NCBI GenBank assembly: GCA_951406725.2 | Contig: OX597816.1 | Span: forward strand, 102,238,001 to 102,302,000 | Direction of reading: 5' to 3' | DNA length: 64,000 bases | Source of the DNA: Octopus vulgaris | Taxonomy: Eukaryota | In this document: positions 40,805 to 54,956 of the stretch, piece after piece | How the letters are laid out: each line of letters opens with the position of its first letter | Numbering within the stretch: position 1 is the first letter of the stretch | Translations under genes and position numbers: made by a program | The notes under the pieces: model-generated | The model's database searches: none | Told to the model about the DNA's origin: nothing | What the model saw: only the letters and a program-made list of their open reading frames with translations

Positions 40805-40865
40805 GCTTGTATGTATGTATATATATATATATATATGCAAACACACACACACATATATATGTACA

Positions 40866-40904
<39 letters not shown>

Positions 40905-40917
<13 letters not shown>

Positions 40918-42129
40918 ACAGAAGTAAATAGACACATCTAAAAACATCGTTTTATGTTTATTCTTGTAATGGTTTATATTTTTCATTAATTGACATATTT
41001 ATGTCTCCGGTTCTATATGTGACTGTTTAATCCTGCCATGTACAAAACAAGCTTTGGAACTGTCTGAATTTCAAAGAAACCGTATTGTGGATCATTCTGC
41101 AGATGGACATAGCATAAAATCACAGAAAACCTTGGGATCCTGCTTTCTGCAGTTACTAGAGTGATTCTGCAATTTCCCAGAGAGAAGAAGGAGTCCACAT
41201 CACCTCACCCAGATCAACCAGTGCTCTCTGACAGGACCCTTCTCTTTGTTAAGGGAAGTGTGGAGGATAATCCTCGTTGTAAGGCCTCTGTCATAGCAGA
41301 ACAAGTTGATGTCAGTCCCAGAATAGCTGTCAGGTATTTCCACAAACTTGGTTACTATGGTGGAGGAGCAAGACGGAAGCCACTTCTTCGACCAGCCAAC
41401 ATCAAGCAGAGAAAAGATTGGGCCAGATGGCTGGTGGAGAGGCCACTAGCATTTTGGGACACTGTCATATTCTCTGATGAGTCCAGACTTTCAGTATTTC
41501 CTAACAGTGGTCGAATGTGGGTCTGGAAACTCTGTAGTCAAGGATTTGATGTGAAAAAATTGCAGCCAACAATGAAACACAGCAGCTAATCTGTGATGGT
41601 TTGAGGAGCAATTTGGAGCAATGGTTGATCATAGCTGGTGGGGTGTGAGGGAAACATAAACTCAGATAAATATGTGTTCATATTACAGAAAGTACTCCTT
41701 CCAATCTTCTCCATTGGTGAAATGGTTAAAGAAGACTTTTTATTTATGGAATATGGGGCTAAAATGACCCAGGATGAGAATGACATTAAGCTTCCATGGC
41801 CAAGCCAGTTACTAGATATGAACCCTATTGAGCACCTCTGGGGCATAATAGACAGACGCTTCATAAAAAGAACAAGAAAGCATCTTCAAAGCCAGATCTT
41901 TTGAGATTACTGCATGAAACTTGGAAAGAAATTCCGCAAGAGAATATTCGTCATCTGATCAGTAATATGCCTAATAGGGACCTTTCATTTAAAAAGGCAA
42001 AGGGCATGTCTGCTAATTAATAAATATTCACATTATAACAATTAATAAATAATTTGAATGTATGATTTCAGATTTAAATAAATTTTATGATTATAAGGGT
42101 GCTTGCATCACTTCTGTAATGTCTGTGTG
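40905..42129 (+). mobile_element. Tc1-like (DD34E) transposon, degraded
   Basis: ELSEFQR, ARRKPLL, VIFSDESR, WPSQLLDMNPIEHLWGII; imperfect TIRs cacacacatgacagaagt / acttctgtaatgtctgtgtg followed by TA. Confidence 0.85.
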
Positions 42130-42154
42130 TATATATATTGTTTTTTCTTTCATT

Positions 42155-42254
42155 AGTTTACTTGTTTCAGCTATTTGACTGCGGCCATACTGGAGCACCG
42201 CCTTTTGTACTTACTTTTTCCGAACCGCTAGGTTACGGGGATGTAAACACACCG

Positions 42255-42353
<99 letters not shown>

Positions 42354-42508
42354 CGACGGGCTTCTTTCAGTTTCTGTCTACCAAATTCACTCACAAGGCT
42401 TTGGTCGGCCCGAGGCTCTAGCAGAAGACACTTGCCCAAATTGCCACGAAGTGGGACTGAACCCGGAACCATGTGGTTGTGAAGCAAGCCTCTTATCATA
42501 CAGCAACT
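42155..42508 (-). mobile_element. Family A SINE with internal deletion and expanded (CA)n
   Basis: Colinear with 14931-15341. Confidence 0.85.
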
Positions 42509-42574
42509 CATATCTATCTATCTATCTATCTATACGGCAAATAACCTCTAACTCTCAAAGATATATACAGGTCT

Positions 42575-42725
42575 CACTGCGAAAACGTTTAAACCCTTTT
42601 TGAGCTGACCACTCACTGGTCATTTGCTCACCAAATGTTTCGTTGATATCGTGAGCAGTTTCAGCTGCTTTACGTCCTTTTTTGAAGTTGAATAGCAAAA
42701 TTGCTCGAACATCACGCTTTGACAA
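42575..42725 (-). pseudogene. Mariner transposase N-terminal fragment (Hsmar1/cecropia-like)
   Basis: Minus strand LSKRDVRAILLFNFKKGRKAAETAHDINETFG..FKRFRS. Confidence 0.7.
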
Positions 42726-42829
42726 TTTCGGCGAAAAAAAATAATGTTAATTTATTGATGCATTTTGGCAAGTCTATGTCTATATTATGAGACAATTGCA
42801 AAAAAAGATTAAAAAATATTTGGCAAAAG

Positions 42830-43897
42830 TATTATACAATATTATACAAAATAAGATTTTTTCCTCTAATAAAATGACCGGTTTTGCTGAAGCTTTTCAA
42901 ATTTTGAATGTTAGATGCAATTCGAAATGAGAAATTTTGTTTGTCGGGGTTGGGGGTTATTAATAACCACGGTATTTTTAGTAAACGGAAGATTAATCTG
43001 TAATTTTCAATATGGATTTATATTCAGTTCTGGCTTGTATTTTTCGAACTGAGACTGTAAGAGTTTTAAAACGTACTCATTGACAGACACTGCCCAATTC
43101 AAAGCATAGATGATAGGATTAAACGTGCAAAATCAATTGACATAAAAACATTAAGAAAAGTCGAACACAATAACACACCTACTACCTTTTGTATCCTCAT
43201 ACAACCCCAGAAACAATGAAGCATTTAACATCACTGTCCAAAATTTCCCAATACTCCATAAGAACTCCAAACTGAAAGAAATTCTGCGTACGCATAATAC
43301 CATTAAAAGTCATAAACAACCAAGGACATTAAAGAAGATCCTCATAAATGCTAAATTATTCTCAAGAGTAACGGATGCAAGAGTAAAAAAAATATGGTTG
43401 ATCTAATTACGGAACATGTCCCAATCTTTTTGATGGGGCAGAATTCCATTTTAAACAAGGACAAAAATTAAAAATTAAATCTAATTTCACTTGTGCCTCT
43501 GAAAACCTCATTTATGTCATCATTTATGTAATAACAACTATATAGGTTCCACATGAATATCCCTTAGACGTAGATGTACAGGTCACAGACAACAGATCCC
43601 TTCCCACAATATCGCCAGATACATCCCAGTGAACACACTGACAGATGTGCAGAACAACTGTAACCACAATTCCTAATCTTCCCATTATATCAATGTGCTA
43701 TTTGGATCTCAACACAAATGTGACTAAATAAAGAGGCCTCATTTATCGAAAAATATAAGCCAGAATTGAATATACATCCATAGTGAAAATGACAGATTTA
43801 TCTAACACGCAAAATTGCATCTAACACTCAAAATTTGAAAAGCTTCAGCAAAACGGGTAATTTTATAAGAGAAAAAAAATCTTATTTTGTATAATAC
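42830..43897 (+). mobile_element. Penelope-like element 3' part (GIY-YIG) with an inverted copy of its 3' end at the 5' side
   Basis: LPFVSSYNP..KQPRTLKKIL..FTCASENLIYVI..NYIGST..LRRRCTGHRQQI..FIEKYKPELN*; 42830-43047 is the reverse complement of 43746-43897 except for a ~70-bp insert. Confidence 0.85.
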
Positions 43898-44014
43898 TTT
43901 TACCATGACGATTTTAACATATTCTTTGGCCTCGTAAAACAAATCTTTTGTGTCTTTTCATTTTCTTTCTTTCTTTGTATATTCAAGCACGTGTAATCAC
44001 CAACCATACTTTCT

Positions 44015-44075
<61 letters not shown>

Positions 44076-44078
44076 TTG

Positions 44079-44152
<74 letters not shown>

Positions 44153-44193
44153 CATGTATGCATATATGTATGCATGCATGTATGTGTGTATAT

Positions 44194-44266
44194 ACATATT
44201 ACTATAATTGGTACGATACAGAGAAGATTGCGGATGACACACAGATGCGTGAAGCATTCTATATTT
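44194..44266 (+). pseudogene. U6 snRNA pseudogene (5'-truncated, ~16-nt internal deletion)
   Basis: acatattactataattggtacgatACAGAGAagatt-gc-ggatgacacacagatgcgtgaagcattctatattt aligns to metazoan U6 (ACATATACTAAAATTGGAACGATACAGAGAAGATTAGC...GGATGACACGCAAATTCGTGAAGCGTTCCATATTTT). Confidence 0.85.
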
Positions 44267-44511
44267 CCCTCTGAGTGTACTTTAGTTTAAACGTCATCGG
44301 CATTAATCCAGCTGTCAAACCGTCTTGTTCTCAGCTTGAAAATGGCGATATAAATGCTTCGTTCACAAAACCCTGGGTAGCTGTAATGAACAAGACTTGT
44401 GGGTTTCTTTTTTATTCTAACGTTACCTTTACTGTCTTAGCTGATCGAGTGCTATTCTGCTTATTGAAGCCTTATCACAAAATTATATATACATATATTA
44501 TTTATTATCTT

Positions 44512-44631
44512 AGACCTGATGAGTGATTATATCTTTAAATAGAATTAATTTTAGTTCGATTTAATTTTAAATCGAATTGATTTTATTATCATAATCTATT
44601 TGAAAATATAGCCACGAAATGCGCGTAGTCT
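44512..44631 (+). ncRNA. Type-I hammerhead ribozyme, canonical core, ~93-nt stem II
   Basis: agac-CTGATGA(44516-22)-gtg..long AT hairpin..cac-GAAA(44616-19)-t-gcgc-GTA^gtct. Confidence 0.72.
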
Positions 44632-44766
44632 TTTTACTACTATTTATTATTTATTGTACTTTATTGATTTTTAGGATTAGGTTTTTTTATAGTATATGTT
44701 TTCTATATGGTTTGAATAATATCTTTATTGAATTGTTTAATAGAGGTTTTTCTCTAAATTATATAC

Positions 44767-44830
<64 letters not shown>

Positions 44831-44835
<5 letters not shown>

Positions 44836-45024
44836 ATCCAAACAAGAAAGCACAAAAAACACAACAACGCGAGGACGTGGAACAAATATAGTATTATTGG
44901 ACGCTCAGGAAAGAAGGAAAGAAGGAGGGTTTAACGTTTCGAGCGGAGCTCTTCGTCGGAAACATAGGAGAAGGAAAGATCCAGAGAAGGGAAGACAGAG
45001 GAAAAAAATCGCCAACGGTACACA

Positions 45025-45026
<2 letters not shown>
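44831..45026 (-). mobile_element. ~195-bp non-coding element in (TA)n with a minimal hammerhead-like motif (44929-44963)
   Basis: Near-identical copy at 55497-55702; minus strand gttt-CCGACGA-a-gagc(tcc)gctc-GAAA-c-GTT^aaac. Confidence 0.7.
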
Positions 45027-45084
<58 letters not shown>

Positions 45085-45086
<2 letters not shown>

Positions 45087-45490
45087 AAACAAGTCAAAAA
45101 TAGAAAATGCTAAAATAATTTTATAGTGAACATTTCAGTACCGGTTTCGGTCATTTTGAGACCTTTTCAACTGTAACGATTAAATAATTAAATTTAGAAA
45201 AATTAGAAGAAAAGTCTTTTTAAAAGAATATTTCTATAGTAGTGTTCAGATTTAAGTGGCATTCTGCCTTTCTCTGACTCCCTTGTTTGCACTTGTGTGT
45301 CGGAGGTCGTTGTGAGTTCTTGGAAGGGTAGTAGAGGAAGAAGGCTGGTGGGGAAAGGGGGATGGGAGAATCTGGGAGTGCCCTGATGGTCGTATTTTGA
45401 ATGGTCAGTGGCGGCTGGCAGTCTCAGTTCAATTCAGGAGAATATTTATATTGACAGGCTTGTTTATAGAATTAGCGTAGGTGTTATACT
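45085..45490 (-). mobile_element. Putative Penelope-like 3' end with U3-A8 hammerhead motif (45136-45173)
   Basis: Minus strand cag-TTGAAAA-ggtc(tcaaaat)gacc-GAAA-ccg-GTA^ctg; abuts (TA)n; weak ILLN..RH-like ORF end upstream. Confidence 0.6.
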
Positions 45491-45884
45491 AAAAAACATT
45501 AGTGACAAAGTTAAGGGGTAGGGGGTGGAGAAGTAGAAGAAGAAGAAGAAGAAGGAGAAGGAGAAGGAGAAGGAGAAGGAGAAGGAGAAGATGATATATA
45601 TATATATATATATATATTTGAAACTTTTGCATAGATGTGTACTTAGTTCTAGGTTTCATCTCTGCGTGGAGCTTTTGGTGAGTGTCTTCTATCATAGACT
45701 TAGATTAAATACTATTTGTCGGATTACTAAGTTATAGGACATATAGAGTCGCAACAACACTGGTCGTCGTTACATTTCTGTACCTTATATCCCGTAACAT
45801 AGCTGTGCAACAAATATAATGGATAAAAGAAGTACCAGTCTGAAATAACTACAAGAGTCAATATCGTTGATCTAACCTTCAAGG

Positions 45885-46145
45885 CAGAGAGCTGGCAGAA
45901 TTCTTAGCATACCGGAAAAAATGCTAAGCAGTATTTCTTCTGGCTTTATGTTTTGAGTTCAAAAGCCGCCGAGGTCGTTTTGTGTTTTCATCCTTTCAGG
46001 GTCGATAAAAGAAATACCAGTTAAATACTGGTGCCGCTGTTATCGACTTACCCTCCTCCCACGAAATTGCTGGTCTTGTATTAAAATTTGAAATTATTAC
46101 TCCCTCCCCTAAAAATTGCTGGCCTTGTGCCACAATTGGAAAGAA
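45885..46145 (+). mobile_element. Family B SINE, degraded, duplicated tail
   Basis: gagctggcagaa..ttagca..gagttcaaa..gaggtcg..catcctttcagggtcgataaa; aaattgctgg(t/c)cttgt occurs twice. Confidence 0.75.
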
Positions 46146-46215
46146 TTATTATTAATCAAATCTTTGGATGTGGTACCTTGGCTGTAGCCATGGCTGAAAC
46201 CAGTAATACGCACGT

Positions 46216-46255
<40 letters not shown>

Positions 46256-46281
46256 ACACACGCACACGCACACACACACGC

Positions 46282-46312
<31 letters not shown>

Positions 46313-46953
46313 AACACACACTGATTTTGATGTAAAGTCAGACAAGCAAGAGAATCAAATACACTTATACGAGAAGCTATCGTCTGTTCTTCCATTTTGT
46401 TTTCAAATAAATAAATAAATAAATTTCGTAGCTTCAGCACAACTGCAGCTGTCATTTATGAAGTAACCACGCCTTTTTCTTCTTTAACTAGAAACTAATA
46501 AAACTACCCAATAACCCATTTACTCTTGTCTTTTCTTGCTGGCGAATTCACTGGAGCATACGATACGATAACTGCAGTTTTTTAAGTATTTAGATAAGGA
46601 CACTTTTTCATTTCACGACTCCATTTTGAATTTTTGACGACATCATATAATGACAGCAATATATGTTCTTTTGATTTACATGTTTATTATAATTTTTTCT
46701 TTCATTATTGTTTTATTTTTCTTAGAAAAAAGAAAACTGTAACATATTTAAAAAGGCAAACAAGCATACACATACATAAAAGCACTTACATACACAGAAA
46801 AAAACGTGTATATATGTTTGCGTGTGCATATATCAAGGATCCGACCGTAAATACATGCACATATTAGCATATACACATTGACACATATACACATACACAT
46901 CTCCATTTATTCGCGCACACATACACACACATGCATGTGCATGCGCACAGAGA

Positions 46954-46991
<38 letters not shown>

Positions 46992-47149
46992 CAAATGAGA
47001 TGAAAAAATGTGGAGTAGATATACATAATGAGGAATAGAACTTGCACTTTTCATATCGTAACTTCACTCCATATATATATGTATGTACGTATGTGTGTAT
47101 ATATATATATTATAGATATAATACATATATATATATACATTATAGATAT

Positions 47150-47215
<66 letters not shown>

Positions 47216-47253
47216 ATATATATATATGTTATATATATATCTATATATATATA

Positions 47254-47307
<54 letters not shown>

Positions 47308-47725
47308 CATATATATAATATACATGTGCCGGTATATGTGTTCATGTATTTGTAGAAAAATAAATATGAATTGAAAAAAAAATATCTACAGATCAATAAA
47401 TCAATATAGATAGCTAACTAGGCACAGGCACACACCCATATATGCACACACACATACATAAACACATAAGTATAAAAGTAAATAGGTAAGGACATAAAAT
47501 AAATGAGAAAGAGAGAGAAGGAGAGTGAGAGAAAGGGGGAGAAAGAGAGAAAGAGAGAAGGAGATAGATAGGTAGATAGAGAGAGATGTCGATAGAGATA
47601 TTAACGCAAAAGAAGAGGTAGATAACTAGATAGGTGAATAAGTATATGTGTGTATGTTTATAATCATGTATGCATGTGTCCGTATTTGTGTGTGTGTGAG
47701 AGAGGGATGTGGAGAAAGAGAGAGA

Positions 47726-47811
<86 letters not shown>

Positions 47812-48145
47812 TGATATGGAGAGAGAGAGAGAGTTAGAAAGTGTGAAAGAAAGATTGATGGATATAGGTACAGATAGATAAAAGGGTTGGATAAAGATTT
47901 ATGAATAAACAAAAGAAATGTACATATAAACAAGCATCAATAAAGAGGGGTGGAGGGGAGGGTGAGTGAGAGAGAGAGTGAGATGAAAATAGACTGAGAG
48001 GGAAGAACGAAAGGGAGATGTTAAACTATTACGAAAGGGGCTATTTTTTTTTTCCATTCTCATTTGCCACTGAACATGTCTGTTTAACAACATTGTAAAT
48101 GGCCAGTGATATATGTAAATAGGCTGATGTCTTTCATAGTTTCGA

Positions 48146-48530
<385 letters not shown>

Positions 48531-48757
48531 TCGTTGCTTTTCTCGGTTCATGCAAACTCACATGCTTTAATACATGTATAAATCTACATACGCATACACA
48601 CGCACACACACACACACATAAGCGCATATATTTTCGTGTGTTGTGTGTGTATTATGCATGTATGTCAGTGTATGTGTGCATGCATATATACATTTACACA
48701 CATATACTCACACACTTATACACATACACAAATCACACGAATGTATCCCTCTGCATT

Positions 48758-48814
<57 letters not shown>

Positions 48815-49321
48815 CATCTTAGTTTCTCACACCCTCTTCTCTCTCTCTCTCTCCTGCTCTAAACTCAGTTCTCTCTTTCATTCTCTATCCGCATCTCTTC
48901 CACATCTGCTTCTACCCATCTCCTTTCTCCCCCCCCCCCCTTCTCTCTCTCTCTCTCTTACTGCATCACCACTGCGTCTCAATAATCACTACAGCCAACC
49001 CACTGTATTGCGTTACTCTACCCTAACTTTTTACCCAATCGACCAGAAATAATCAGCAACATGGGGGACAAACAACCACCCGAAGCCTTTTATTACTTTT
49101 ATTACGACCGGTTGGCCTGTTGGTTTGTTGGTAAGTTCCCGAGTCTCCCACCCCACTCCTCATCCCTCTCCTATCTCTTTGCTCTTCAAACATCATGTGA
49201 AACTTGGCGTTCAAACTGTGTAGCCTCACGATTTCAGTTGGTTCATCCAAATTACCTTCATCACGCTCTGTTATAACCATACCGCACCACACTCCTAGCA
49301 TACAACTTACCTTCATTAAAA

Positions 49322-49375
<54 letters not shown>

Positions 49376-50771
49376 TCACATATGCACAAATACACACACA
49401 CGCACGTATCAAAAAGATGGATCATAGGTCTTTCCTGAGACATGGCTCATAAAGCCGGTTACCCAAATTCTGTGGACGGTCATTGTTGACATCTGATTTT
49501 CCCTGTAGCAACGTGAAATAAGTGTTTTGATTAAGAACGGCGAACGGTCTAAGAATCGAAACAACACTCTTACGATCATGAGTGCAACAGCTTAACCAAT
49601 AACCGCGCGCCTCCACACACACACACATGCGCGCGCACAAACTCACTCTCACACACTCTCTCAGACACATATGTATATGTGTATATAACTATATATGTAT
49701 ATATATATATGTATCAATGTATATACATGTACATATGTATGTGCGTGTATGTTTGTATGTTTGTATGTTTGTATGCAGTTAGCCTTGCTGAAAAAGAAAA
49801 GCTTTTGAAATTGTAACATTTATTAGAGTCACTGAAAATAAATGAGATCCAATTTGTTTGAAATCAACAGCCTTCAGTTGTTAGAACAGTACGTCGTCTC
49901 TTTGGGTTTACAACTCTATAAATTTTGAAAAAAAAAAGAAAATAGAGAGAGAGAAAGAGTTAGAGAGAGGGGGAGAGAACGAGAGATATATAGAGATAGA
50001 TAGATAGATAGATGGATAGATCGATAGATAGATAGAGAGTGTGTGTGAGAGGGAGAGAGAGAGGAATTCTAAGCAAGCGAATATTCCTATGAAAAATAAC
50101 CGCTTAAAGCAAACAGGCACCACCACTACCACTATCACAACCACCACCACCAAAAACAAATGAATAAAAAAGATATAAAGAAAAGAAATCAGGAAAGTGG
50201 AATGGTGTTGCAAGTAATTGAGATACCTCGTCATATAGGATTAATTATTGATACTAAAATACAGCTGACTATTAAACAAATAACGATATGCATACAAGAA
50301 AATATTTAAATTAGTGATTTAGTTTACAAACATTAAGTGAAGAAAAATATGGAAGGAAAAAATTGTTCATTGATCAGAGGAGCAAAAATCATATTTTTCT
50401 CCACCTATTGCACATCACTTATAACATGTCATATCATAGATTTGGGTATCCAATTAGCAATCGCGGTGTTGGGTCAGCGATCTATGTATGTGTATGCATG
50501 TTAGCAATATGTGTGCGTGTACGTACATACATACATGCATACATAAATATATATATATATATATATACACACACGTGCGCATACACACACGCACACACAT
50601 ACACACACGCACGCACACACTCACACATCTCAAGTTTCGAAGGAGTGAGCGAGGAGATATTATTCTATTCCGTATGTTGACAGCTGTTTCGTAATCCATA
50701 TCCAGGTACATCACTGGCGTTAAAGTGTTCTACACACATATAAAACATACGTATAGATGCAATATATAGTT

Positions 50772-51145
50772 ACCTTTTACCCTTTATCCGTTTCGGTCTT
50801 AGACTGTGACAATGCTGGGGCACCACATTGAAGAATTTTTAGTTGAACGATTCGACCCAAGTACTTTTTTAAAGCTGGGCATCTATTCTTTGGTGTCTTA
50901 GGTCGAACCGCTAAGTTACGGAGACGTAAACACAACACCGGTTGTCAAGCGGTGGCGGAGACAATGTCACAAAGACACACACACACACACGACGGGCTTC
51001 TTTCAGTTTCTGTCTACCAAATCCCCTCACAAGGCTTTGGTCGGCCCGAGCCTATAGTAGAATAGTAGAAGACACTTGCCCATGGTGCTACGCAGTGGGG
51101 ACTGAACCCGGAACCATGCGGTTGGGAACCAAACTCAGCCACACA
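50772..51145 (-). mobile_element. Family A SINE
   Basis: Colinear with 14931-15341. Confidence 0.8.
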
Positions 51146-51182
51146 TGCATTTATAAGATTTCTAATCATAGCATTCTATGGA

Positions 51183-51220
<38 letters not shown>

Positions 51221-51262
51221 CACAACGGCCAGAATTGATATAATTCGAGATACAGTCCCATA

Positions 51263-51435
51263 TCTATTTTATAAAATCCGTTCTGTCTGTCTCTGTGTGT
51301 GTCTTTTAGGATCTCGGGCATCCTCCATCCGATCGCACTCAAATTTGATATGTTGATACCGACGGTATCAGGGCGTGTATAAGTCTTGAAAAAATTACAA
51401 AAATCGATTCCAGGTGAGAATGTGATGGCGGCTCT
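51263..51435 (+). mobile_element. 5' portion of a non-autonomous Helitron-like element
   Basis: a|tctattttataaaatccgttctgtctgtc..gatctcgg..ccgatcgcactcaaattt layout similar to 5137; no 3' CTAG seen. Confidence 0.45.
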
Positions 51436-51940
51436 CAATTGACCAACCGTGAGGAAGATAATGATAATTTTAAATTCAAATCCAATAGTGTATTTATGTC
51501 ATAAGGAAAATTACTAACTGGAACCCGGACATACATATATACCGCTCTGGATCCTAATGTAAGCGTTATTAATAATATTATGAATGATAATAATGGTAAC
51601 ATTAATGGTATTGACAACGATAATGATGCTAACTTTAATGACACTTTAGAAATTAGTATGCAGTAATATAATGTACTATTGACTATGTATATTTGCATCT
51701 AGGTACTAATTTGTGTATGTTTATTATCACAATATTAAGTCGAAAAACTGAGACATTGAATGTAGAACACATATATATGTTTACTAATTTATATTATTTA
51801 TTTATATCATTATGTATATGTATGTTTTTATATGTATAAGAGTGTGAGTATATGCACTCATATGTATATGTATATGTTGTATTATAGGTATGCACCCACA
51901 CCCATGTGGATATATATGTAGACTGATTTATATTACATAA

Positions 51941-52065
51941 TCTCCGAAGAGGCCTTATGATATTTTTGTAAATGTCTCATTTATATCTATATATTGACCT
52001 ACCATAAAAGGCTAATATTGGTAAAATGAGACATACTTATCTACATGGCCGAAACAGCTGTTAGA
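51941..52065 (+). ncRNA. Hammerhead-like motif, CCGAAGA core, ~100-nt stem II
   Basis: tct-CCGAAGA-ggcc..atgtctcattt..aaatgagacat..ggcc-GAAA-c-agct-GTT^aga; stem I extends via attac/gtaat. Confidence 0.6.
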
Positions 52066-52309
52066 CGTAATCTATACTTATATTTATATTTACTTATATT
52101 TATATTCTCTTTTATATATATTCTACTTATTATACAACATTACTCTTTTATGTACACTTTTTTATGTGCATTCCTTTATGTACACTGATTTGTTCTGCTT
52201 TTTATATTTGACCCTACAGTCTCTTATGTGGTGGTTTAATAAAGTATGTGATTGAGTATTATCTGGTAATTGTTATTTGATTTAGATGTATTTCTCCATT
52301 TTCTTATCT

Positions 52310-52363
<54 letters not shown>

Positions 52364-52613
52364 TTGACTGAGGCCGTCTTTTCGTTCAGCTATATTTATT
52401 TAATTGTATTATAGCTTTCTAATTCATAATTTATAATACATATTTGTTGCGCACTGTTAGTGAAAAATACCTCATTAAGACAAACTGTGATGTACCCTGC
52501 AAAATAAGCATTAATTAATTTTTTGTTTTGCTACCAAGTAACTAAGCATATGAAAATTTAATTATGCATTGATGACTTTGGAGTAACTTTACCTTGTTAA
52601 ACAGTTACATACG

Positions 52614-53027
52614 TTTACTCTTACTCTTTACTCTTTTACTTGTTTCAGTCATTTGACTGCGGCCATGCTGGAGCACCGCCTTTAATCGAGCAACTCGACC
52701 TCGGGACTTATTCTTTTGTAAGCCCAGTACATATTCTATCGGTCTCTTTTGCCGAACCGCTAAGTAACGGGGACATAAACACACCAGCATCGGTTGTCAA
52801 GCAATGCTAGGGGGGGACAAACACAGACACACAAACACACACACGCATATATATATACATATATACGACGGGCTTCTTTCAGTTTCCGTCTACCAAATTC
52901 ACTCACAAGACTTCGGTCGGCCCGAGGCTATAGTAGAAGACACTTGCCCAAGGTGCCACGCAGTGGGACTGAACCCGAACAATGTGGTTGGTAAACAAGC
53001 TACCTACCACACAGCCACTCTGCGCCT
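52614..53027 (-). mobile_element. Family A SINE, full length, young
   Basis: Highly similar to 14931-15341 and 54957-55334. Confidence 0.92.
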
Positions 53028-53194
53028 TGTATATCAAATTATTGTATATGAAATTATTTTTCGGCTCATTTGTTCATTCATTTACAATATTACTTTCAGC
53101 CAAATGAGTATTGGTTACTAAGTGATTGTCTTTATATACACCACCTGAAGAGAAACATGTTTCTTGAAACAGAATGTATGCTTATACATATAAA

Positions 53195-53293
<99 letters not shown>

Positions 53294-53461
53294 GTCTATT
53301 TATGCATATATATATATATATATATATATTTCTCTCACTCTTTCTTCTGTTGGCCTGCTCGCTTAGCCAGCGGGGTGGCGTCATTCGAAGGCTAAATCAA
53401 TGCGAACGCATTGTGACCAGCGATGTGTAACTACATTTGATGGACTGGTCGGTCACGTGAT

Positions 53462-53511
<50 letters not shown>

Positions 53512-53589
53512 TCACTCTGTCTGTCTCCTCTCTCTCTCTATATATATATTTATATATTCTGACACACATATATATAAATAAATATACAC

Positions 53590-53644
<55 letters not shown>

Positions 53645-54269
53645 AATATACACATATGTATGCATGCATATGTGCATACTATAGGCATACACCTCCACTC
53701 ACACACAAGTTAGATATTCCGTAGACTCGGATAGCATGCCTTAAGAAATTAATATATGTTTTCTAGGTTCCAAGGTCAAATGATACCAAGATCCGTATAG
53801 CTCTTACTCTTCCAGGGTCGATGAAAAAGTAGCAGTTAAAAGTACCAGTGAAATACTGGGATTGACTAGTCTCTCGGAATCAGATGTGCTGCATTGTGAA
53901 ACAATCGTGGGGCACTACTTCTTAATGTCCCTTCAGAAATGGTGAAGGTTGAGTGAAGAAAGTATAAAAAAGAAATAAAAGACGATAAGCTACGGAAACT
54001 GTCCAACATCAGACTGATATACAGTAAATATAGGGAAATATAGCCACATTAAGCATATGTGTGTGTTTTATCTGATTCTGTATGCGCGCGCATGTTGTGT
54101 GTATGTTGTGTTTTGTGTGTCTGCGTGTGTTTGGATATGATCCCGTTTGTTTGTATGATTTTTCCCCATATGAAAGTTTCTGCACATGTGACTTTTACAG
54201 ATAACTGATGTGATGCACACGTGACTACATTGTGTATGTGTGTGAATATACATACATATATGTATGTAT

Positions 54270-54500
54270 GAAAGAAGCCCGTTGTATATATGTATATGTA
54301 TATATCTATGTGTGCGTGTCTTCGTGCCCAACTGGTATTGGTATGTTTTCGTCCCCGTAATCTAGCAGTCCGCCAAAGTAGATCGATAGGATAAGTAATA
54401 AGCTTAAATCAAATAAATTATGGGGTCGATTTGTTCAACTAAGACTCTTCAGGGCGGTGCCCCAGCATGGCCGCAGCTAGATAACTGAAAGAAGGAAAAA
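54270..54500 (+). mobile_element. Family A SINE, partial, degraded
   Basis: gaaagaagcccgttg..gtccccgtaa..ggggtcgatttgttc..cccagcatggccgcag. Confidence 0.75.
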
Positions 54501-54581
54501 AAGAATATATGTAAATTTTTTTTTCAGAATGAGATGAAAAAACCAAGGGTGTGAGGATTTTAGAACATTTATAAATAGAAG

Positions 54582-54629
54582 GTTTTACAGCTGTTTCCAA
54601 GATATTTATTATATCCCTTCATCGGAGAC
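54582..54629 (-). ncRNA. Hammerhead-like motif, CCGATGA core
   Basis: Minus strand gtct-CCGATGA-agggatat(aataa)atatcttg-GAAA-c-agct-GTA^aaac, next to (TA)n. Confidence 0.55.
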
Positions 54630-54661
54630 GGCGTGAGAAAATGGTTAAGCAATAGTTAATT

Positions 54662-54733
<72 letters not shown>

Positions 54734-54734
54734 A

Positions 54735-54878
<144 letters not shown>

Positions 54879-54890
54879 AACACACACACA

Positions 54891-54941
<51 letters not shown>

Positions 54942-54956
54942 ATATATGTATATATA

